From sequence record OP902294.1: a DNA stretch of 64,000 bases; one strand, written 5' to 3'. Positions 42,461 through 55,051 of the stretch are shown here, piece after piece. Source of the DNA: Staphylococcus phage BSwM-KMM1. A model generated the notes under the pieces. That model saw nothing but the letters and a program-made list of their open reading frames with translations. It was not told the origin of the DNA and made no database searches. The translations under genes were made by a program, and so were the position numbers. Numbering within the stretch: position 1 is the first letter of the stretch; each line of letters begins with the position of its first letter.

Positions 42461-43471
42461 AATTATCATTCTCCTTTAATTTGTTATACATTTATTATAA
42501 TACAAGTATTTATATTTGTCAACAACTTTCTAAAACTTTTTTTAGTTGTTAATAAAAAAATACCTTACACCTATAACTTAACATAGGGTAAGGTAATTGT
42601 CAACAATTTTTTAAGAATATCTTGAATTAAAAAAGTCATCTATATATTTAGTATCGTGTGTATCTATATCATACATAAACATACAATTATATGTATGATT
42701 ATTCAATATTTCTAGCATGTTATGCATAGAAGTTGCATTATCTAATTCTTCTAAATCAATAGTTATCGTAAGTTCTTGTCCTTCATAAAGTATGTTTGCT
42801 ATATAATATGTTTTAACACCTTCCATTGTCCCATGCAAGGTTTCATTATGATTAAGAACTTCTATATCTAATGAAGGTAAATACTCTGAAAAATAATATC
42901 TACAGAAATATATAAAATTGTCTGTTCTTTTAGACACGAGTACTATCACCATATTTTATATTTCTTTCTAATCTTACATAATAGGTTTTAATCTTTTCTA
43001 CTTCTTTTTCAACCGCATCTTTTCTGCCTAAACGAGTAGTGTATTTTACAATGTTGAAAATCATCGAGTCTACAAAACCATCATATGAGAAGTGTTCTTC
43101 TAAGAAGGATATAACGTCCTTGCTACCTTTATAATGCTCAGGTAAATGTGCATCAACAGTTATATCGTAATAATCTTCTAGTAGGCTTATACTCTCTCCT
43201 AAGCTAGATAAAGCATACTCTAAGTCATTTGAGTCATTAGACCATTCTTTAGATACAGATAATGCATCTTCTATAATTGTTATCTTTAATTTATCTAAGT
43301 AATCATCAACCTGTTTTTGTGTTTTCATAAATTCTTTTGCGTTCATTTAATACCCTCCTAAATTATATATAAAAAAACACCCTGCTTGAGTACAAGCAAG
43401 GTGAAAAGGAAAGATATTATGGAAGTGTACTATCTAAGTACACCTCATAATATAACAGTTTTCCTTGCCAG

Positions 43472-43780
43472 TTATTCCTTATTTTTAAGGTCTTCTTCCT
43501 TAACAAATACACCATTTACAAGTTTACCTTTGCGGTCTTTTATTTCATCATATGCCATGTCAATACACTCTTCGATATCAATATCTAATTGTAAGCACAG
43601 TACTGTCAGTACTACAAAAATATCTCCTACGCTATCTCGTGTTACATGGTCATTACTCTTAGCAATACCTGAAGCTAACTCTCCTGCTTCCTCTAGTAAT
43701 TTTAGCATCTGACCTGCAGGTTCTCCTGTTTGTAAATTTCTGTCTTGTGCCCACTGTTTAATAAGTTCTACTTTTTCCAT
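43472..43780 (-). CDS. MazG-like nucleotide pyrophosphohydrolase
   Basis: Short all-alpha NTP-PPase pattern E..EL.......D...EIGD; 102 aa. Confidence 0.55.
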   Translation of the reverse strand: MEKVELIKQWAQDRNLQTGEPAGQMLKLLEEAGELASGIAKSNDHVTRDSVGDIFVVLTVLCLQLDIDIEECIDMAYDEIKDRKGKLVNGVFVKEEDLKNKE

Positions 43781-44173
43781 TATTCAATATCTCCTTTAAT
43801 TTCTGTATCTTTAATAATTAAGTTATCAGAGTCACTAGTTATATTTATATTATCTTCAACTAGTTCATGCAGGTTATTAGTTATGTCTTCTTCAAACCTA
43901 TAACCTACACGTACGTATGCCTTTACTCTAATATCTATACTTACATAATCTTCCTGGAATTTTTCCATTTCTAACTTCCTTTATTATATCATATTATTGA
44001 CGTATTGTCAATTATTCTGCGTAATTTCCCTTAGCAAGCTGATACTTTTTGTGTAATTCTTCATATAATTTTGACATGTCTTTATAATTCTTGATATCTT
44101 GTTCATGATGACTTAGATATTCTATTAATATCTTAGCTTCTTCCGGTTCTAAAGTTATAACTGGTTTAACCAT

Positions 44174-46225
44174 TTAGGCAACCTCCTTAAATTCTTCTTT
44201 ATTTATTTTCTTAATATCTTTTTCTAATGCTTCTTTTAATTCATTAGGTAATTTATAAGCACCAATTGATTGTTGTTGACCTAATACATAACCATTATCT
44301 GTAATACGTATTTCCACTGTAAACCATGAATTCTCTAAATCTTCTTCTAATCTTGCTAATAATATTAAACAGCTATTCTTCAGAATTCTATTAGCATATC
44401 CTCCAACACAATGAGATAACATTCTACCTTCATCTTTTAATTTACTTACAGTATCTGCAGGAAGGAATTTTACTTTCCTACCGTCCTTTAATTTATAAGT
44501 TTTATCAATTATTTTTTCTAACTTATTATCATACTTAGCTTTAAGTTCTGCATCATCTAATTGTTGTTGTATAGATTGCTTCTCATCAGTAACAATATCA
44601 TGCTCTAGCTTCAGTGAAAAAGGCGTTAAGTTAACACTATCTAATGTTCTATACCCTTCTCTGATTAGTATTGATAAATCCTGTAAATAGTCAAGGTAAT
44701 AACTATCTAATACGTGTCCTGTTATACGTTGTCTATCCTGGGCATCTACATCTAAATAGTGAGTCATCTTTTTGTAGTTAGCAAAAGATATAGATAATAT
44801 TTCATTTACAATAGGTTTTACTTTTAAAGCATCTGTAACATTTCTTACATCCTGAACCATTAAAAATGTATCATCAAATAGTTGATGTAAATTAACCTCA
44901 TTGTGTAAATGATTATAGTAATTGTATAAGGTATATGAAAATCTTAAGTAATTACCTTGTTCAAATTTATTTAAAGTTAATAATTTTTTATAAGTCTGTT
45001 TTGTAAGATTGAAAGCTTCATGAACTTTCCATTTAGGATTTTTAGGTATATTAAATAGTAATGAATTTCTTTCAAATAATCCAAATTCCTCTAAGTTATT
45101 TATTTTATCAATATTTTTAACAACCTCTGCTAAGGTAGTTAAGTAGTTAGAAGTTGCTTTTTCCCCTTCGAGTGTTCTATATTTATTTCCTCCATAATTT
45201 ACACTACTATATACATCAAAATCATCAGGGCACCAACTAGAAAATCTAAAATCATTATTTCTTAGTGTTTCATCAATTATTTTAACAATAACATATTTAC
45301 TTAAATTAGGTGTTGAGTAATTTTTTAAAATAACATTTAATAAAACATCTAAACTTAATTCATTTTTATACTCACTTTTACTAATATCGTCTTTGTATAG
45401 ATTTAAAGTTAGTTCTTTATTAACAAGGCTATCTGTTAAGAAAACTTTAACTTCCCCTGTTTTAACATCGAATGAACTTTTATTTTCTAAAACCCATTTA
45501 TTACCCATATTATATTTATTTCTGATATGTTTAACTTTAAGACCAAAGGATGAATTATTCTCAGTACCTGGATGCATGTACCAAGCACTGCTATACAATG
45601 ATTCTGACATTTCCTTATAATACTTACTAGAGCCTTTTTCTGTATCTTCATTCATATAAGAAGTAATAGATGATTTTATTAAACCGTACTTACCTTGGTC
45701 TAGAATATCCATGATATCATCATTTAAATTATCCGCTACTTCTCTATACTCATCTAATTGTCTAGACTCATACCCCCATAATCGGTTTTCATTTTCTAAT
45801 TCTTTAATTTTTTCTTCTACATAACCTTTAGATTTTATTTGTCTTCTTCTCTTACTACCATATAAAGGAAATTCTTTTCTTTCTTCTCTACTGGATTCAA
45901 TATATTCTTTGTAACCTCTTTCTTTATTTTCTTCAATTACACCTTCAACTAATTTCTCAACTGTTTCATAAGGATTACCTGAAAAGTTTGTTACTTCTTT
46001 ATTACCGCATAATGCTAAGAATAAATGTATTTCTGTGGCAGTATCAAAATTAAATATATTATGAATATCTCTGAATAATTCTTTAGAGCCTAAATTAATT
46101 ATATTATTTTTCTTCTTCTTAAGAAATACGTCTTCATCTCCAATGTAGATACAGCCTTTATTGACTTTAGGTAAATTAATAATTTCTTGTTCTGTTAATC
46201 CTTTTTGTTTATATGTTATTGCCAT
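44174..46225 (-). CDS. large hypothetical protein (683 aa) with a PcfJ-like C-terminal motif
   Basis: C-terminus ...GRMLSHCVGGYANRILKNSCLILLAR. Confidence 0.4.
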   Translation of the reverse strand: MAITYKQKGLTEQEIINLPKVNKGCIYIGDEDVFLKKKKNNIINLGSKELFRDIHNIFNFDTATEIHLFLALCGNKEVTNFSGNPYETVEKLVEGVIEENKERGYKEYIESSREERKEFPLYGSKRRRQIKSKGYVEEKIKELENENRLWGYESRQLDEYREVADNLNDDIMDILDQGKYGLIKSSITSYMNEDTEKGSSKYYKEMSESLYSSAWYMHPGTENNSSFGLKVKHIRNKYNMGNKWVLENKSSFDVKTGEVKVFLTDSLVNKELTLNLYKDDISKSEYKNELSLDVLLNVILKNYSTPNLSKYVIVKIIDETLRNNDFRFSSWCPDDFDVYSSVNYGGNKYRTLEGEKATSNYLTTLAEVVKNIDKINNLEEFGLFERNSLLFNIPKNPKWKVHEAFNLTKQTYKKLLTLNKFEQGNYLRFSYTLYNYYNHLHNEVNLHQLFDDTFLMVQDVRNVTDALKVKPIVNEILSISFANYKKMTHYLDVDAQDRQRITGHVLDSYYLDYLQDLSILIREGYRTLDSVNLTPFSLKLEHDIVTDEKQSIQQQLDDAELKAKYDNKLEKIIDKTYKLKDGRKVKFLPADTVSKLKDEGRMLSHCVGGYANRILKNSCLILLARLEEDLENSWFTVEIRITDNGYVLGQQQSIGAYKLPNELKEALEKDIKKINKEEFKEVA

Positions 46226-46584
46226 TTAAAATCACTCCTCATTTGTTATGTACTAATCATATCATAGTAATTAATACTTGTCAACAAAAAAGAAGAACTT
46301 TTTAAAGTCCTTCTAGATGAGTTTCGTATATAACCTTTTGAATTTTATTTAACGGTTCTAAATCTAAATTCCTAATAAGTTTTTCATACTTCCTTGAATT
46401 CTTGAAGTTAATGGTATTAGGCATAGCAAGAGCCTCATCAACGTCTTTAGTATAGCTTACAACATCTGAATAGATGTCTACTTCCTTTACATACAGACCT
46501 TGTGTTAAACTCCTGAATACTACCTCATTATGTGCTATAACTTCTTCTTTCTTTTCTATGCTCATTTGCAAACCTCCTGGTCTA

Positions 46585-46757
46585 TTCTACACAAACAAGT
46601 ACGTAATCTAAATTAGTCAGAGAAACTGATTTAATATTGTTTAATTCTTGCAATTTCTTAATATCTACATCATAGTTCTTACTTATAGTCCATAATGTCT
46701 CCCCTGCTCTTACTTTGTGATAATATTTATTCCCCTCTTTTATAAGGTCATTCAATA
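46585..46757 (-). CDS. small LysM-domain protein
   Basis: YHKVRAGETLWTISKNYDVDIKKLQELNNI matches the LysM consensus. Confidence 0.45.
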
Positions 46758-46761
46758 TTAC

Positions 46762-47339
46762 CTACCTCCTTGAGTAATAATTAGCTTGTAGATAACATAT
46801 AAGTATAAGAACAAAGTTTACAAATTCAGTAGCTATAATATGAACATAGGTATGTGTTAAAACCATACTTGCAATTAGTGAAGCTAATCCTAATCCAATA
46901 ATAAGGAATAGAAATCTGTTTGTCCCTTCTGCACTTTTAGTTTTATAGAATGTTGTTATCTGAGTTACATACGCAAGGATAATAGTAATAGTTGCTACAG
47001 TTTGTGTCAAGGCTGTAAAGTCACCTAATAAAAATAGTAACAATGAGAACACAATAATAAAAGGGATAGAGAAATAATCCTTTTTCTATATGAAGCTACT
47101 AATAAGCAAACAATACCTAGAGTTAAATTAAGACCAACTGAAACTACTTGAAACATTGAAGCCTCAGTTAGTAATAAATTGTAAAAACTAATACCTACAG
47201 TAGCTACAATTAAATACCAAAAATAACTACTAACACCTTTAACACTGTCTGATTTAACTAAAGCTATTAGACCTGGTATATAACCTACTGTAACTAATAT
47301 AGCATACACTATGCTTAAATAATGTGATAAATTATCCAT
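46762..47339 (-). CDS. polytopic membrane protein (two overlapping ORFs; probable frameshift ~47030-47050)
   Basis: Both ORFs are hydrophobic and overlap by 28 nt. Confidence 0.35.
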
Positions 47340-47955
47340 TTTTCTCTCCTAATTTCTCTAATCTGTTAAGGACTTCTTCCCAAGAAATAAATCCTTCTCC
47401 ATTTGTTAATTCCAAAACCATACCATATACAAATTGGTTTGTACTAAACTCTGCTCTATCCGGGTCACTGTAACCTTTACCATGCCCTTGACGAATGTCT
47501 GAACAGTAAATTAAAACAGGTTTGTCTAATATTTTTTCTAATTCTTCAATTTCATCTTGTAGTGTATCATATTCATCTGTCTCATTACCATCAAAATCGA
47601 ACCTTACAATATCTGCTGTCTCGTCTAGTTTATTAATTGTTTCTTGTGCTTGGTGTTTAATACCTAATAATATGCCTAACTCTGCAATTGTCCCTAATCC
47701 TTCATTAAGGATATCAAACACAAAAATATCTGATTCTTGCATAGCTTTAAAGTCATTGTTTAATATACGCTCTGCTAGTTTAGTTTGTTCTGCGTTAGCT
47801 TTGTCATTAATTGACTTATCTTTGTGTGGGCTATAAGGAGTGACTCCTACAATACCTTCTACTTGTTTATGTTGCTTGTCTCTGTAATCTACCATTGCAT
47901 CATTTAAAATATGACCACCCATATATATTACTTTATCGTTAATTTTATTTACCAT
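47332..47955 (-). CDS. nucleoside 2-deoxyribosyltransferase-like protein
   Basis: Position and size match the Ndt gene between the PhoH and membrane-protein genes of K-like phages; Rossmann-like N-terminus. Confidence 0.45.
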   Translation of the reverse strand: MVNKINDKVIYMGGHILNDAMVDYRDKQHKQVEGIVGVTPYSPHKDKSINDKANAEQTKLAERILNNDFKAMQESDIFVFDILNEGLGTIAELGILLGIKHQAQETINKLDETADIVRFDFDGNETDEYDTLQDEIEELEKILDKPVLIYCSDIRQGHGKGYSDPDRAEFSTNQFVYGMVLELTNGEGFISWEEVLNRLEKLGEKNG

Positions 47956-48248
47956 TATTATTTTTCCTCCTTATAATTATGTACAATTGAAAATAAAATA
48001 AGACTTACGCTTGCTAAAAATGCTAATATTACTAAACCAGGTAAATTAAGTACTGTTGATAAAAATAATGATACCGCACTTATAACATAAACTAAACCAC
48101 TCAAAATTAGAGTCAGTAGCACAATAGTTATAAGTTTTACCAACCAATTATTATTAATAAATACCTTAGCTAAATAATTCATAAAAATCCTCCTTAGTTA
48201 TTATAAAGTAAGTATACCATAACTAAAGAGGTTTGTCAACATATTATT

Positions 48249-48988
48249 TTACCATTTAAAATTGTCTGCGTACTGAGCTAATTTAGAACGGAAATTAACT
48301 GTAAAACTATGGAATACTGCACCTTCGTATTTTTTAAAGTACTCCATATAATCCCCAAAACCTGATTTACTTTCATTTTTTAAATCTATTTGTTTAAAGT
48401 TTCCTTCTACTATTACTGTTGAATTATTTGTATGAACCCTTGTAAGAACTTTTTAAGTTCACTTCGTTTAAAGTTTTGGGCTTCGTTTATAATTATAGTA
48501 GCATCCCTTAGGTTACCGCCTCGTAAAAACAGATGAGATATCTGAGACACCCAACAATTACCTTCTTTATCTTCTTTAACATTGTCTTCCATCATTAACA
48601 TTTCAGTAATTACTTGTTCAGGTCTCATATTAAGTTCAATAATAGCATCATGTAACCCCATAAAATAAGCCATTTCTTTTTCTGTCTGATTACCTGGTCT
48701 TGAACCTAAATCTTCTGATACTGGTGAAATTATAAATACTAGCTTTCTATTTTTGTTAAGGTAATCTGCATAGGCACAAGCCACTGAACACATTGTTTTT
48801 CCTGTACCTGCTTGACTCTCGTTCCAAAGTATTTCAACATTATCATTGAAGAAATCTTCACAAAAATCTAATTGTTCTGTTGTAGCCATTTCTAAAAAGT
48901 CATTAAATACTAAATGTTCTCCCATGTTATATCTTACTTTAGGATAATCTTTTAACTTAAAGTCTAATTCTTTTAGTTGTATTGCCAT
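48249..48988 (-). CDS. phoH: PhoH-like ATPase (frameshifted at ~48414, ttcttaCaagg)
   Basis: Walker A SQAGTGKTMCSVA; the C-terminus continues in another frame as RVHTNNSTVIVEGNFKQIDL. Confidence 0.7.
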
Positions 48989-49640
48989 ATTTTAAAGTTC
49001 TCCTATCTATAAATAGTTTTACTCTCTTTTAATATAGTACTCTAAACAAGTTCTCCTGTTTCCGCACAGAATCCGAAGCAATCACAATCTACGCCACATT
49101 CTGCTTCCTCAGGTTCCTCATCATCCGATGCAAGCTCAACAATTGCATTCTCTGTGTTACCTTTAGATAAACCTGTATAAATAATATCATTTACAGAATC
49201 CCAATCATTATCTGCTAAATAATTTACACTATCTGATACTGATTCATTTTCAGGTAAATAAACAGAATCATCTGTAAACTTAATTAAAATATCTCCTTGA
49301 GGTAATACATCATTAAGTAAATCAATTTCTGTTTCCTCCTCAATCGTAAATACAGTTCCTTCTAATTTTTCCGGAGTAGTATGTGTTAAATGTTTAACAT
49401 CTTCTCCTGATTCTTCATAGAAACCTACTGCGTTCAATTCTTTGTTATATTTTGCAATAAATTTACCATTATCACTGACTAAGTATTGACTACTTGCATT
49501 ATAATCTTCTGCATCTTCTAAAGTCATAGGTGGATTATGGTCTCTGACATAATAACTAACCTTCCTAACATCCGTTGTTTGTACTTTTTACCTTCACCTT
49601 TGATTACTGAATTAATTTTCTTCATAATATTTTCTCCTTT

Positions 49641-50066
49641 TTATATTCCTATAGATTTCTTTGCAAGCACATCAGCGTGTTCATTCCATTTATTACCAGT
49701 ATGAGCTTTTACTTTTACAAAATTAATATCTATTGACTTTTGATACTCTCTTACCATCTTAATATATGTCTGACTTAAAATATTTCTTGCTGACCAGGTA
49801 CCTTCATACCAATGAATGAGCCCTATATAGTCTATATAAACAATTGCTTGTTTATAACCTAACTTAATAGCCTCCTCAATACCGTAACAACAAGCTAATA
49901 TTTCACCTGCAACATTATTATACTTTATTAATCCTGGTTTGTCAACACTTTTACTAATTTCCGATATAATATTTTCATCTGTACTTACTAATACAGCTCC
50001 TGAACCTACCTTGCCTTTATTATAGGAAGAACTACCATCAGTGTATATATTTACTCTATCCTGCAT
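49641..50066 (-). CDS. rnhA: ribonuclease H
   Basis: MQDRVNIYTDGSS..GSGAVL (RNase HI catalytic Asp motif); RBS ggagga. Confidence 0.6.
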   Translation of the reverse strand: MQDRVNIYTDGSSSYNKGKVGSGAVLVSTDENIISEISKSVDKPGLIKYNNVAGEILACCYGIEEAIKLGYKQAIVYIDYIGLIHWYEGTWSARNILSQTYIKMVREYQKSIDINFVKVKAHTGNKWNEHADVLAKKSIGI

Positions 50067-50898
50067 ATTTATAATCCTCCATGAAGTGAGGGAAATCACA
50101 GTCAGAATAAATATCTCTACAAAATGATATAGAAATAGAATCAAAATCAAAACATTTAAAACAATGTTCTTTTACCTCTACCTTATTTCTAGCAACTACA
50201 CTAAATTTAAATCCATCTGCCACTACAGTAAATAATCCTCTTTTCATAAAACAAATACCTCCACTAAGTTTATTTTAAATTAATAACTAACTCAATAAAT
50301 GATTTAATCGTTTTGTTTTTACCTTCATCAATATCTGAGAAGAAGTTACTTATACTAGTGTCTTCATCAAATAAATCTTCCACATCATCAAATTTATTTA
50401 GAATATCAATAACACCATAACCTTTTTCTGTTATATATTCATATAGGTCTTCACCGTCTTCTGACAGAGTAGCTTCCATTTTACCATTTTTACTTTCAAT
50501 TAGATATAAAGTATTAAGTACTTTAACTGAGTCTACAACTACACTATAATTGCTTAGTGTCGGGTACTCAGTATATAGAATTTCAATATTAGTATTCATA
50601 TAACTATCAATTACAGAGTTTACTGTATCTCTTTTAACTCTGACACGTTGTTCTTTCTTATAGTAGGGAATGCGTCATCGTACTCTACTAATGAGTTTCT
50701 ATCTGTATTTAATAATTTATCTAATGAAGATAATAAAACTATCTTGTATTGATTATCGGGTAAACTATCTGTAATTTCCATAATAGTTAAAAAGTATCTT
50801 CACCTAAAACATTATTTACGTCTTGTAACTCGAAAGAATCTACCATTTCAATAGTGTCGTCTATATCTTCTGTAGTCATCAAGAAGTTAACTAAATTA

Positions 50899-51129
50899 TT
50901 ATTTTCCATTGTCTTCCTCCAATTCTTTAAACAGGTCTTTTCCTGGGGTATCTAATGCTTTTTCTAATCTTATTAAATTAGCACTTCTAGGTTTCTTTTT
51001 ACCATACTCCCAATAAGATATAAGAGAGTAGTGTACTCCTATTTCAGAAGCTAAACTTCTTAATGTATGTCCTTTATCTACCCTGACCTTTTGAAGATTT
51101 AGAGGTTTATTTTCTTTATTTTCACCCAT
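50899..51129 (-). CDS. XRE-family helix-turn-helix transcriptional regulator
   Basis: LRSLASEIGVHYSLISYWEYGKKKPRSANLIRLEKAL. Confidence 0.65.
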   Translation of the reverse strand: MGENKENKPLNLQKVRVDKGHTLRSLASEIGVHYSLISYWEYGKKKPRSANLIRLEKALDTPGKDLFKELEEDNGK

Positions 51130-51466
51130 AATTTATTTCTCCTCTACTTTTAAAAATTTAAAATCCTCAGATGCTTTTGCATTTTTGAGTATATACTCAT
51201 GTGATTTATCCCTTGCCTCTGCTTTACTTTTAGCATGAACCTCTATATGAAATACATGAGATTTTTTAAATTAGGTGTCTCATATCTCCAATAAACTTTA
51301 AAAAGTAGTGTTTCCTTTTTAATACATTAATTCTAATCCACCGTTTAAGTCTATTCATTTTTTATCCTCCCTTATTAATTGTTAAATACAGTATATCACA
51401 CTTATATAGATAAGTCAACTATAATATACAAAAAGACTAAGAAATTAATCTTAGTCTCATTTTAAC

Positions 51467-52158
51467 TTAATAGTAATTATTAGCATCGTGGAAGCTTAAA
51501 GCTCCTGATGTTGAACCATAACGGTCAATCATATATTGTTTAGCACCTTTAGTTTGTTCTGCTATAGAACCTCCACTCCATGATTTACCTAATCCTTGGA
51601 ATAGTCCTTGAGCTCCTGAAGATGCATTAACTGCATTAGGATTCATTGTAGATTCACGCATAGCAATTTCAATCATTGCTTCGTCTCCGCCTGCTTGTCT
51701 AATTTGTTCTGCTACAGAACCACCTGATTTACTTGTAGATTGTGTTGGTTGTTTAGTTTCTTTTTGAACAGGTGCTGATGTTGGTTGTACTTCTTTTTAG
51801 TATCTTGTTCATTTTGAACATCAAATTGAGCTTGTTGTTGGTCTACTTTTTGTTCAGGTGTTTGTTCTTCACCTGCTAATCTAGATACTGTATTATCTAC
51901 TTGAGTTGAGCCTGAGTGGTACTCGTAACCAAAGTTACCATTATAATTATAGAAATGGTAAGTAAACTCTTCATCACTAAATGAGAAGTCGTAGTTACCT
52001 TCTTGAATTGGTTTTGTATTTACTTCTACTGAATTTGATTTAGCTTGTTCAGCTAATTTATTATAGTCAATTTCATCTGCACTAGCTTCGTTTGTAGTAA
52101 TACCTCCAAAAGTAATAACTGTCCCTAATGCTAATGTCGCAAAAATTGTTTTCTTCAT
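51467..52158 (-). CDS. secreted SLT-domain transglycosylase (IsaA/SceD-like); frameshifted at A-run ~51797
   Basis: Signal peptide MKKTIFATLALGTVI; restoring one A gives ...AEQIRQAGGDEAMIEIAMRESTMNPNAVNASSGAQGLFQ. Confidence 0.7.
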
Positions 52159-52354
52159 AAATTTAAAACTCCTTAAATAATTTTTTAGATTTGTGTTTTC
52201 TTAAAACAACATAAGTAATCATAACATATATCTTTTAATAACGCAAGTATAATATAGCACTATTTAGTGTAATAATATTAAGGTTATGTTACAATTGTTA
52301 CTGTTGTCAGATAATTAAAACATAAAAAAAGAGAGGTATTAACCTCTCTCTCTA

Positions 52355-53148
52355 TTATTTACCTGTTACATCTACGATAGTTCCGTCCCCACCAATTTGA
52401 ATAGGTTGTTTACCATTCCATTTTTCAATTAGTTGTTGTTGTAAAACTTCATCTGTTAATGATTCACTTCTGATATCATTAGCTTTCTTCTCACCTTTTG
52501 CTTCCACTTCTTTTTCTTAGCATTTTGTTCTGCAATTTGTTTATCAACTTTAGTACGTTCTAATTCCTGATTAGCTTTGACTCTCTCATCAATTGCTTTT
52601 TGTGTATTTTTGTCAGCTTTAGGACTAGATAGAGCTATATCATCAATAATAAAACCTTGTTTCTGTAAGTTTTTATTTAACTTATCTAGGGTATCTTGTT
52701 TAATTTCACCAGTTTTAACACCGAATGCATCAATTACTGAGTATTTAGATATAGCTTGTCGTACATTGTCTTGTACTCGTGAACGTAAGTATCCTTTTTC
52801 TAACTCTTCAATATCTGCACTACCAAAACGGTTAAATAAATCTACAGCTTTAGTTGCGTCTACTTTATAAGAAACGTCAATATCCATTGCTAAATTTTTA
52901 CCATCACTCGTTGCTACATTTAAATCCTTATATTTATGTGTTTGCGTTTTAGTTGGGTATTTATTTACTTTATCGAACGGAGCTGTTAAATGCCACCCTG
53001 GTGATTTAGTATCTTCCTTGACTCCGTTTACTGAGTATACAACTCCTACATGTCCTTGTGGAATCTTTGTGATACACATTAATAAAATAATAAATCCTAT
53101 AATTGCTAAAAATCCTATTACTCCTGAAATTACGACTGACTTTCTCAT
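52355..53148 (-). CDS. SPFH/band-7 (prohibitin-like) membrane protein; frameshifted at A-run ~52507
   Basis: N-terminal TM, then a PHB-domain-like sequence; the C-terminus is restored by aaaaag to aaaaaag. Confidence 0.55.
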
Positions 53149-53456
53149 TACATTTCTCCTTTTTCTATTTCTTTTATTAAGCTATTTAAAGCTTTTTCCT
53201 CTTTGTCTATTTCTAGTTTATCTGCTTTGGTAACAAGAGATTGTCTACGGTCATTCAAAAACTGTTTTTTGTTTTTGATATACTGCTCTAACTCATAGTC
53301 ATTTAATCTACCTTGTCTAACCATTTCCCTGTACTGTCTTCGTATATTACTCTTATGTTCTTTCATAGCTAGAAAGTCAAATAGATAACTTATACCAAAA
53401 CCTACAAGGACTAAGAAAACAATAAAAATAGATAATATTGTTAAAAATAATGCCAT
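53148..53456 (-). CDS. small membrane protein
   Basis: N-terminal TM MALFLTILSIFIVFLVLVGFGISYLF. Confidence 0.45.
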   Translation of the reverse strand: MALFLTILSIFIVFLVLVGFGISYLFDFLAMKEHKSNIRRQYREMVRQGRLNDYELEQYIKNKKQFLNDRRQSLVTKADKLEIDKEEKALNSLIKEIEKGEM

Positions 53457-53530
53457 GCAATTCCTCCTTTATTTGATTACATATATAACTATACACTATG
53501 TATTATGATTTGTCAACAATTTTTTGCAAA

Positions 53531-53560
53531 AAATAGACGGATTTTAAATCCGTCTAAATT
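53531..53560. terminator. bidirectional hairpin terminator after the endolysin gene
   Basis: agacggattttaaatccgtct flanked by A/T runs. Confidence 0.6.
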
Positions 53561-53567
53561 ATAATGT

Positions 53568-55051
53568 TACTTGAATGTACCCCAGGCAACACCAGGTATA
53601 TGGTTTGGTGGAACACCTTGACATGTTCTAACAGGGCAATATACTCTGTTACCATTATAAGCGTTATAACCAATCCAAATATGACCTGCTTGAATACAAA
53701 CTTCGTCATATACAATTGTAGCTCCTGCCGGTAAGTTACCTCCTACTGGAGCGTTTAAGAATGGGGAACCTATTCTAGTTACTATAGGTTGGTTACCATT
53801 AACAAACGTTGCCGATTCCGGTTTGTACCAAGTTCCGAACTGGTTCTTTTTCCAAGAACCTGTAACTGGTCTAGTTGCCGGTGTACTTGCACTACTTGTT
53901 TTACCTTTTTAACTACAGTAGAACTTGAAGTTCCGTTACTCATGTAGTTTTTAATTTGTTTAATGAAATAATCTTTTAATTTATTCATTATTGCTTGAGA
54001 TGGTCTACCTTGAGTTACTGGATTGAATCCTGTATGAAGAACCATTGAACGGTGGGGACAAGCTGTAGGAACGAACTCCATGTGTAATCTTACAGTCTTA
54101 CGGTTAGGAGTAAGACCCCATTCTTTAAATTTCTCCGCAGTAAATTGGAATACTGCTTGTTCGTTTTTAAGGAATTGAGCATCACTAGCACTCATTGATT
54201 GACAGACTTCAATACCTGCAAATCTAAAGTTACCTGAGTTAGCTCCTGTTCCATCACCTGTATGCCAAGCAATTTGATTCTTAGCATCTATTGCTTCCCA
54301 TACATAACCTTCTGAACCATAGTAGTGAGCAATACCATTAGCGTATCTAGCATAACCGGCTTTAGCTAAAGAGTTTTCATATTGTTGTCCTGAAGAACGA
54401 CCCGCATCGTTGTGTATTACCATTCCTTCAGGTTTCTTACCACGTTTATCCATTGTATAGTTAATATGGTTCTTAGAAACTTTTAGTGTTGCTTTCTTTT
54501 TAGGTGCAGGAGTTTTACTTGCACTTTTCTTAGCTGTTTCTTTTTAATAGTAGTTCCTGCTTTTACAGGTATCTCTATAAAGTGAGTTAATCCATAATAA
54601 TTATCTACACGTTTTGTAGGCTTTTTGTTAGCATAACCATTCCAGTTTTGCTCCAAAATAGTAAATGTAGAAGTATTACCTCCATCATATACAATACCTA
54701 TATGACCCCACTGTTGATAACTACCTTCTGTATAAACAGCAATCCAACCTTTTTAGGTACTGTAGAAGGTTTATTTTCATGTATTTTAAACCCTGTACCA
54801 TAGTTCTGTTTAATTTGGTCTTTAGCGTTACCCCAAGTTCTTACTTTATTATCTGTTAACCATAACACATAATCAGTAATTAAGTCTTGACATTGTGCGT
54901 GATAATATTTATCTACATCAATTGCCCCTGCTTCCATTACACCAAATGAAGGGTCATAACTCGTTGCTTTCTTAACTCTATAGGGACTATCTACTGTTCC
55001 TTTTGCGTAAGCGTCTAGGCGTTTATTTATTTCTGCTTGAGTCTTAGCCAT
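53568..55051 (-). CDS. lysK: endolysin LysK-like (CHAP + amidase_2 + SH3b), intronless; broken by three homopolymer frameshifts (~53905, ~54537, ~54741)
   Basis: [42 protein letters not shown]...[12 protein letters not shown] (CHAP); [21 protein letters not shown]...[21 protein letters not shown] (amidase); the C-terminus in a shifted frame ends ...GVAWGTFK. Confidence 0.85.

Noticed and set aside
49042-49632. N-terminal extension of ORF 49042..49527 through a further frameshift
   Set aside because: The required correction is in a 2-nt run rather than a longer homopolymer, and the upstream segment is short, so support is too weak.
53568-55051. Group I intron interrupting the endolysin gene, as I recall for phage K
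   Set aside because: The CHAP and amidase coding segments are contiguous apart from 1-nt indels, and no intron-sized insert is present.
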